Source: the human T2T-CHM13v2.0 reference genome, Homo sapiens. Taken from it: a stretch of 64,000 nucleotides of DNA. Shown in pieces: positions 58,008 to 64,000 of the stretch. Under the pieces are notes generated by a model. That model saw only the letters and a list, made by a program, of their open reading frames with translations. It was not told the origin of the DNA and searched no databases. The stretch lies in NCBI RefSeq assembly GCF_009914755.1, contig NC_060932.1, one strand, 5' to 3'. The number at the start of each line of letters is the position of its first letter. Positions within the stretch are counted from its first letter, which is position 1. Both the position numbers and the translations under genes were made by a program.

Positions 58008-58577
58008 CCTGGCCCAGGGGCTCCCTCCTCAGGGTCCCGTGTCCTGGCCCAGGGGCTCCCTCCTCAGGCTCCCGTGTCCTGGCCCAGGGGCTCCCTCCTC
58101 AGGGTCCCGTGTCCTGGCCCAGGGGCTCCCTCCTCAGGGTCCCGTGTCCTGGCCCAGGGGCTCCCTCCTCAGGCTCCCGTGTCCTGGCCCAGGGGCTCCC
58201 TCCTCAGGCTCCCGTGTCCTGGCCCAGGGGCTCCCTCCTCAGGCTCCCGTGTCCTGGCCCAGGGGCTCCCTCCTCAGGCTCCCGTGTCCTGGCCCAGGGG
58301 CTCCCTCCTCAGGGTCCCGTGTCCTGGCCCAGGGGCTCCCTCCTCAGGGTCCCGTGTCCTGGCCCAGGGGCTCCCTCCTCAGGGTCCCGTGTCCTGGCCC
58401 AGGGGCTCCCTCCTCAGGCTCCCGTGTCCTGGCCCAGGGGCTCCCTCCTCAGGCTCCCGTGTCCTGGCCCAGGGGCTCCCTCCTCAGGGTCCCGTGTCCT
58501 GGCCCAGGGGCTCCCTCCTCAGGGTCCCGTGTCCTGGCCCAGGGGCTCCCTCCTCAGGGTCCTGTGTCCTGGCCCAG
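58008..58577. repeat. 35-bp minisatellite, 16 copies
   Basis: Unit ggcccaggggctccctcctcagg(g/c)tcccgtgtcct; 58011 + 16 x 35 = 58571. Confidence 0.97.
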
Positions 58578-58919
58578 ATCTGCCCTGCCTGCCAGCAAGG
58601 GCTGGGGTCTAAGATCTCCAGGAAAAAGTCCCTCTCCCTTTGTCCGGAAAAAGTCCCAGAGGATCAGCGGTGTCCCTCAGGGACATCCCAGCCTCGGTGT
58701 GGATGCGGGCTAGCTCAGGCCCTGGCAAGACTGGCTTCTCCTCCCTCTTCCCTACCCCAAACCACCAAGGCCGAGGCTGCAGGAGGGGTCTGGCCCTCGG
58801 CCACACCTGGAGAAGGTGGAAGGTATGCAGGCTCGGGGGGATGCCAGCTCAGCCCTGCTGCCATGGGCACTGCCAAGGACTCCACTCACAAAGCCGAAAG
58901 GCCTGCCTGCCTCAAACAA

Positions 58920-59370
58920 ACAGAGAAATAAATAAATAACCACAGCACACTTTGAAACAACTTCCAAATTAAGAGTTGCATCCATGCTGTCAAGCCCCTG
59001 CTAGCAGCTTCTGTGGCACCTTCCGTGCAAAACCGTATCTCAGCCCATTTATTAGAATGATGAAGGCAAAAGGGATCTAAAAATTGCACTCCTTCCTTAA
59101 TGAGCAGCCGAAGGGATCGGTAAGCATAATTTCAGAGGCCAGTAATATTTTATATAATCGCCGAGTGGTTTAAATTGAAAACCCCCAACTGAATCAATAT
59201 TTACTGCATTGAAACGAAATGAATAGTAATAAGTCACTAAGCTCCCTGTCCTGTTTCATAAAATAAAAAATTATAAAAATGAGCACAGGCACAGGGAGGC
59301 CATCACATTAACTTTTACAGCACTTGGGGAGCCGTAACCGCCTGTTCCCATAAAATAAAACTCTAAAAAA
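58920..59370. promoter_or_regulatory. Candidate conserved non-coding element
   Basis: Non-repeat AT-rich island with AAATTAAG, TTTATTAG, CTTAATG, CATAATT, AATCAATA and CATAAAA. Confidence 0.4.
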
Positions 59371-60129
59371 CCTGCCGGAGTCCTGCCTCAGCAGCACGTG
59401 GGGAAGCCTGGGGAGTGGGAGGGGAAGGGGAGCGCTGAGGGCCATCCCCACAGGCCTCCCCAGGGCCAGGATGGGCCCCAAGACCCCACAGGCTGACCAC
59501 GCCTGGTGCCCACCCACACCCCACACAGAGGCCCAGAGCGCCCTGGACCCAGCTTCAACAGAGACTTCCTGCCACCCTCAGGCCGAACTTCCTGCTTTGA
59601 TTTCTTTACCAGTTTTCTCAAATGACAGAGTATCTCAGAGAGCGTGAGTGAGCAGCTCAGGCTACGGGACCGGTGGCAGCCCGCCAGCCCTCCCTCTGAG
59701 CAGGCCCCAGGCTCTGGGTGGGAAAAGCACAAATGCCTGCCAGCGTGGAGGATGGGGCTCCGGCAGATGACCCCCGAGGGGTGAGCACAGGACCTCACCC
59801 CACAGTGCAGGAGCCTGTGGCCACCCCTGCCAACAGGCCCACACAAGGCCCGGGCAGGTCAGGGCCTCAGAGCACAGCGGCGCCGGCAGAACCCAGAGCG
59901 AGGGCCAGCCGGGAAGGAGGGCCGGCCGGGACAGGAGGGAAGCGGCAGGTCGGGGGAGGGGGGTGCTGTGGGCAGACACACGAGGGGATGGGAGCACAGG
60001 AACACGGCCCCCAGAGGGCCAGGAGCCCCCACACTCACCCTGAGACCCTGGGCAGGAACAAAGGCCTCATTCCACCAGGTAAGGCTGGCTCAGCAAGGTG
60101 GGGAAGGGGGCCTCCTGCAGTCAAGAATG

Positions 60130-61075
60130 AGGAGCCAGAATACCGGCCACCAACGGGCAAACGGCCTGAGCAGACCTTTCACACGGGAAGACCACCAGTG
60201 GCCTTACGTTAGCCCGAGCAGGTACTCAACATCACTGGACACCAGGGAAACGCAAATGAAAACCACAGTGAGAGGCCACACACGTGAGAATGCAGATTAG
60301 AAAGGCGGTAACACCACGTCTGAGGGGAACAGAAAGGGTCGCGGCACGCTGGAAAGCAGTTTGGTGATGTCACATCAAGTCAGCAGATGTCTTACGTCCC
60401 AGCGATCCCACGCGCGACAGTCATGGAAACACAGGTGCACAGAAAGAGCTGCACAAGGACTCAGCAGGCTCTACTCACAGTCACCCCAAACTGCAAGTGA
60501 CTCAAGTAAAATTAATAAAGTGCGGAACAAGAAAGGAAGGCTCCCTGGCAAGGATGGGAAATGCACTGTGAAGCCAGCAATGACACGAGCCTGAATCAGA
60601 TGCCAAGTGAGTGAGCCAAGCTGGAAGCAATGCGAGAACATCTGACTCCATTGACAGAAGCTCCAGAGCAGGCAGCTAATCCACAGTGAGACTTAGAGGC
60701 ACAGGATGCTCCAGAGCAGGCAGCTAATCCACAGTGACAGACTCAGAGCCACAGGATGCTCCAGAACAGGCAGCTAATCCACAGTGAGAGACTCAGAGCT
60801 GGGGCTGCCTCTGGGGATGGAGGCCTCTACCGGGAAGAGGACAGAGAAGGGCAATGGCAACGTTCTTTATCTCGACGAGGTATGCGTTGCGCAGGTGCAT
60901 GCGTTTTGGGGTTTCTGTTGTTGTTTTTGAGACAGAGTCTCACTTTTTCACCCAGGCTGGAGTGCAGTGTCAGTCAGGGCTCATTGTAACCTCGACCTCC
61001 TGGGCTCAAGCGATCCTCCTGACTCAGCCTCCTGAGTAGCTGGGGTACAGGTGCATGCCACCATGCCTGGCTAAT

Positions 61076-61106
<31 letters not shown>

Positions 61107-61320
61107 AACTGTAGAGACAGACGTCTCACTATGTTGCCCGAGCTGGTCTTGAACTCGCAGGCTCAGCTATCCTCCTGTCTCAGCCTCCCAACGTGCTGTG
61201 ATTACAGGTGCAAGCCACTGCGCCTGGTGATTCATTTGTTAGAACTCACAGACTGTTAGATTTATGCCTCCCACTATACGTAAATTCTACCTAGAAAAGA
61301 ACTATGAACACATGTGGACC
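60130..61320 (+). mobile_element. Decayed L1ME-like 3' end with an internal 48-50-bp triplication (60661-60800)
   Basis: tactcaacatcactggacaccagggaaacgcaaatgaaaaccacagtgag; ctccagagcaggcagctaatccacagtga three times. Confidence 0.65.
60905..61228 (-). mobile_element. Alu (AluJ-like)
   Basis: Reverse dimer with tcctgggctcaagcgatcctcc. Confidence 0.9.
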
Positions 61321-61559
61321 TCTAGTTAGTGGCCCTGCTTTGCTCCGTGGTATCTGTTAATACTACTGGAACTTGTGTGCTAGGCCTGAGCAAATGAGCA
61401 GACAGACTGAGGGTGATGGGGCAGGTGTCTCGTGGCTGGAGAAGAGTCAGGAACACGGAATGAGGGCAGGCTGAGTGAACCAGCAGAGATGGAGTGGAAC
61501 TTGTGCTGTCAGGGTGCGGGTGTGCATGGGAGTGGGAGCAGACACTCAACGCCCTTGTT

Positions 61560-62510
61560 CTGACTCAAGAGGGCAGCAGCGTGTGCCCCCAGGCCAAGAC
61601 CTTAGCACCACTGACACCTGTGGCTGCATGATTCTTGGCCATGGAGGGCCGAGAGCCACTGCCCCCCAAGGAGCCGGGGTTCTGCAGAGAAACAGCTGAC
61701 TCCACGGTGAGCCTGGAGCACCTGCCGTGCAGAACGTGATGACGTGCCCAGGAATGAGAGGACACATCAAAGGGACGCAGGCCAGCCTCAAGCGGCTTCC
61801 ACCAGCCAAGGCTGGGACCACCTGAGAACCAGAATAACAGAGCAGATTACAGCCTATCAAGTGGAGTAAGACTCCTGGGTCCACGCCGTTAAAGCAAATC
61901 AACAACGACGCAGGGCAAAGGCGACAGGGAAAGCCACCACTCACAGCATGGAAGGAGGGGTGGGAAAGTTATCCCAACATCTAGAATGAGTGGACAGAAG
62001 TCCGGTAAGAAACAGGATGCTCCCTCAGTCCTCACACTTTTCCCCAACAATTGCCCAAAGTAACCTGCTCCGCAGAGAAACTGCCGGATGGCCTAAACCC
62101 AGCGGTCAGGCCAACACTGCTGCACCAGGCAGCCTGAGGCCACACCAGTGCTGCCATGGCTTTCCCGCCAAAATTGCGAATCTGCATCTCATCACAAAAA
62201 GACATCAGATAAGCCCAGTGGAAGGACAGTGCACAAAATAGCTGGCCTCTCTTGTCCAGACTCCCAGCCCTTCCTGCACTGGAGAACTGTGCATGGTCAC
62301 AGAGACACCCCAAAGCACCAGGCTCCGGGGGCACCAGGGCTCCGCTTCTGTGCAAAAGCTCGTTTATAAAGGCAGAGAAAGCAATACTGCAAATGCGATA
62401 AAATATCATATAAACAACTGGTGAGTTTCAGTAAGGAAGTCCTGGGTGGTATTTTTGCAACTTCTGTAAAAGTATATCAAAACAAAAAGTTATCCCAAAA
62501 AATTAAACGC
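61560..62510 (+). mobile_element. L1MC/L1MD-like 3' UTR remnant
   Basis: gagcctggagcac...tcaaagggac.cag...ccaaggctggga and terminal tatttttgcaacttctgtaa...aaacaaaaagtt resemble recalled L1MC ends. Confidence 0.55.
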
Positions 62511-64000
62511 AAGAAGCTAGTTAGGAGAGGAAAGAGGAGAGAGCCCAGGAGCCACACAACTATTCTCCTCCCTCCCAGGGGTTCCCAGAACAGCCAGGAC
62601 AGGGAGACTCGGCACCCAGGCCTGCCCCAAGGCTTCTGCATCCACCTGTCCATCAAGCAGCACCGCCTTCCCAATCCCCCCCAACCCCGCCACCAGTCAC
62701 AGCCACCTCATCCCTGCAGCTGGGTGGGCAGCAGCAGGAAGCTGCCCCCGAAGGTGCAGCCATAAAGCCAGGGGGGCAGCCTGGGGTCCACATGGGCCAT
62801 GAGCCACAGAGCAGTACCACCTCCGACAGGCAACAGCCCAGGACCAGCACCGCCTGCCCCTGTCCCATCCTGGCAGCTGTGGTCTTTTGGTGCTGACTGC
62901 AGCCACCGGTAGGCCAAGGTCTCAGTGGAGTCCTGGAGTAGGCAGAGCACAGACGCAATGCTGCGGTCAGGAGGGCCCTGGGCAGCCAGGGGCCAGGGCA
63001 AGCCTGAACACAGATGTCACACCTGCCGGCCAGCAGCCCCACAGCAGGAGCTGAACCAGGGCCGTCGCTACATGGCTGTCTGGTACGGCCAAGTCCAGGT
63101 CCCCTCAGTGGTCTCCGGGTCTCACGTGTGTTATCTGGGCCGCCAGCAGCTCGAGGCCTGGCCAGGTCTCTGCACTCGAACACGCTGTGCCTCCCACAGG
63201 GCTTTCTGGGGCTCCCCGGTGCTGTGCCAGCTGCTTCCTTCCCCAAGAGAGTCCCCTCTCTGCCTGGCAGGCACCACAGCACGAAGAGGCCCCAAAAAGC
63301 CTGTCCCTAAGTCCCCACGGGGCCATAGCTTCCATGCAGGCAGGGCCAGACAGAGATCAGGCCCTCAACACACACCGGGTGAGCGAATGCAAGTGAAGGA
63401 GCCAAGGAGAACGGCAGGAACTGCCTGGGCCACGCACCGGGGCCCGGGGCAGGGGCTGTGTCACGCAGCCTGCTACAGCCACCTGCCTGGGGGACCCTGG
63501 AAAGAAGGTCAAGAAGCCAGACCTCAGCCTGAGTGGCAGCAGCCACAAAACCCCATAGACTCAAGGCTCCTACCCAGTTAAAAATCACAACCCAAAGCAC
63601 CACCCCTCTATGTGAAGCCCTGTCAGGCCGCGTTCTCCCAGAACCTGCAGGGCTGAGCCTTCCTGCCCTTCTGGCTCGGGGGGAATCAGGAGATCCCGGT
63701 ACTTAGGGTCACTTGCACCCAGACCCCCTGACCTGAGTCCACAGCCTCTGAGTGTGGCCCGCTCACCGGTCATCTTGCCTGGCCAGCCTGCTGTCCTGCC
63801 ACGGAGGCGAGGAAGGGCCGTGGAGGCTGTGGTGGCTCCAGGATGCCCCCAGAGCTGTGCTAGGACATACAAGTAGGCAGCAGTGCTCCCAACCAGCCTC
63901 CTGCCCCATGCAGCCCTGTCCTCCCCGGCTGAAGGGGGTCACCCCGTGTTCTGCCCACTCACCACCTTGGGCCTACTGGCCCCCACACTGCTGTGTGGAC

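Noticed and set aside
57880-58931. 277/285/167-aa Pro/Gly-rich ORFs
   Set aside because: Translations of the 35-bp minisatellite.

Overview
This is mammalian, evidently human, genomic DNA: GC-rich, with primate Alus. It carries the 3' part of ZC3H3 on the minus strand: eight GT-AG coding exons at 41146-40959, 34220-34178, 34101-33943, 33839-33770, 31410-31279, 6683-6499, 5926-5604 and 3651-3620. They join in one frame, encode five CCCH zinc fingers, a poly-Ser tract and the C-terminus KPLHIKPRL*, and are followed by AATAAA at 3237-3242. Exon numbers (5-12) and the 8q24.3/MAFA neighbourhood are recalled knowledge; MAFA itself is not in the window. The 24.6-kb intron (6684-31278) holds a nested transposon block: L1s, a two-LTR MST/MaLR element, MER44, about 19 Alus and a tailless U5 snRNA retrocopy. 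Most interesting: (1) a 54-bp tandem repeat that copies the last 5' splice site five times with an identical CAG|GTAGGC core and different predicted outcomes; (2) a chain of AT-rich, homeodomain/FOX/MAF-motif-dense islands in TE-poor introns, possibly a MAFA regulatory block hosted in ZC3H3; (3) minisatellites whose origin from Alu or L1 sequence can be read directly. Almost all other ORFs in the track are GC-rich or repeat-derived noise. Repeat names and boundaries are by eye and approximate.
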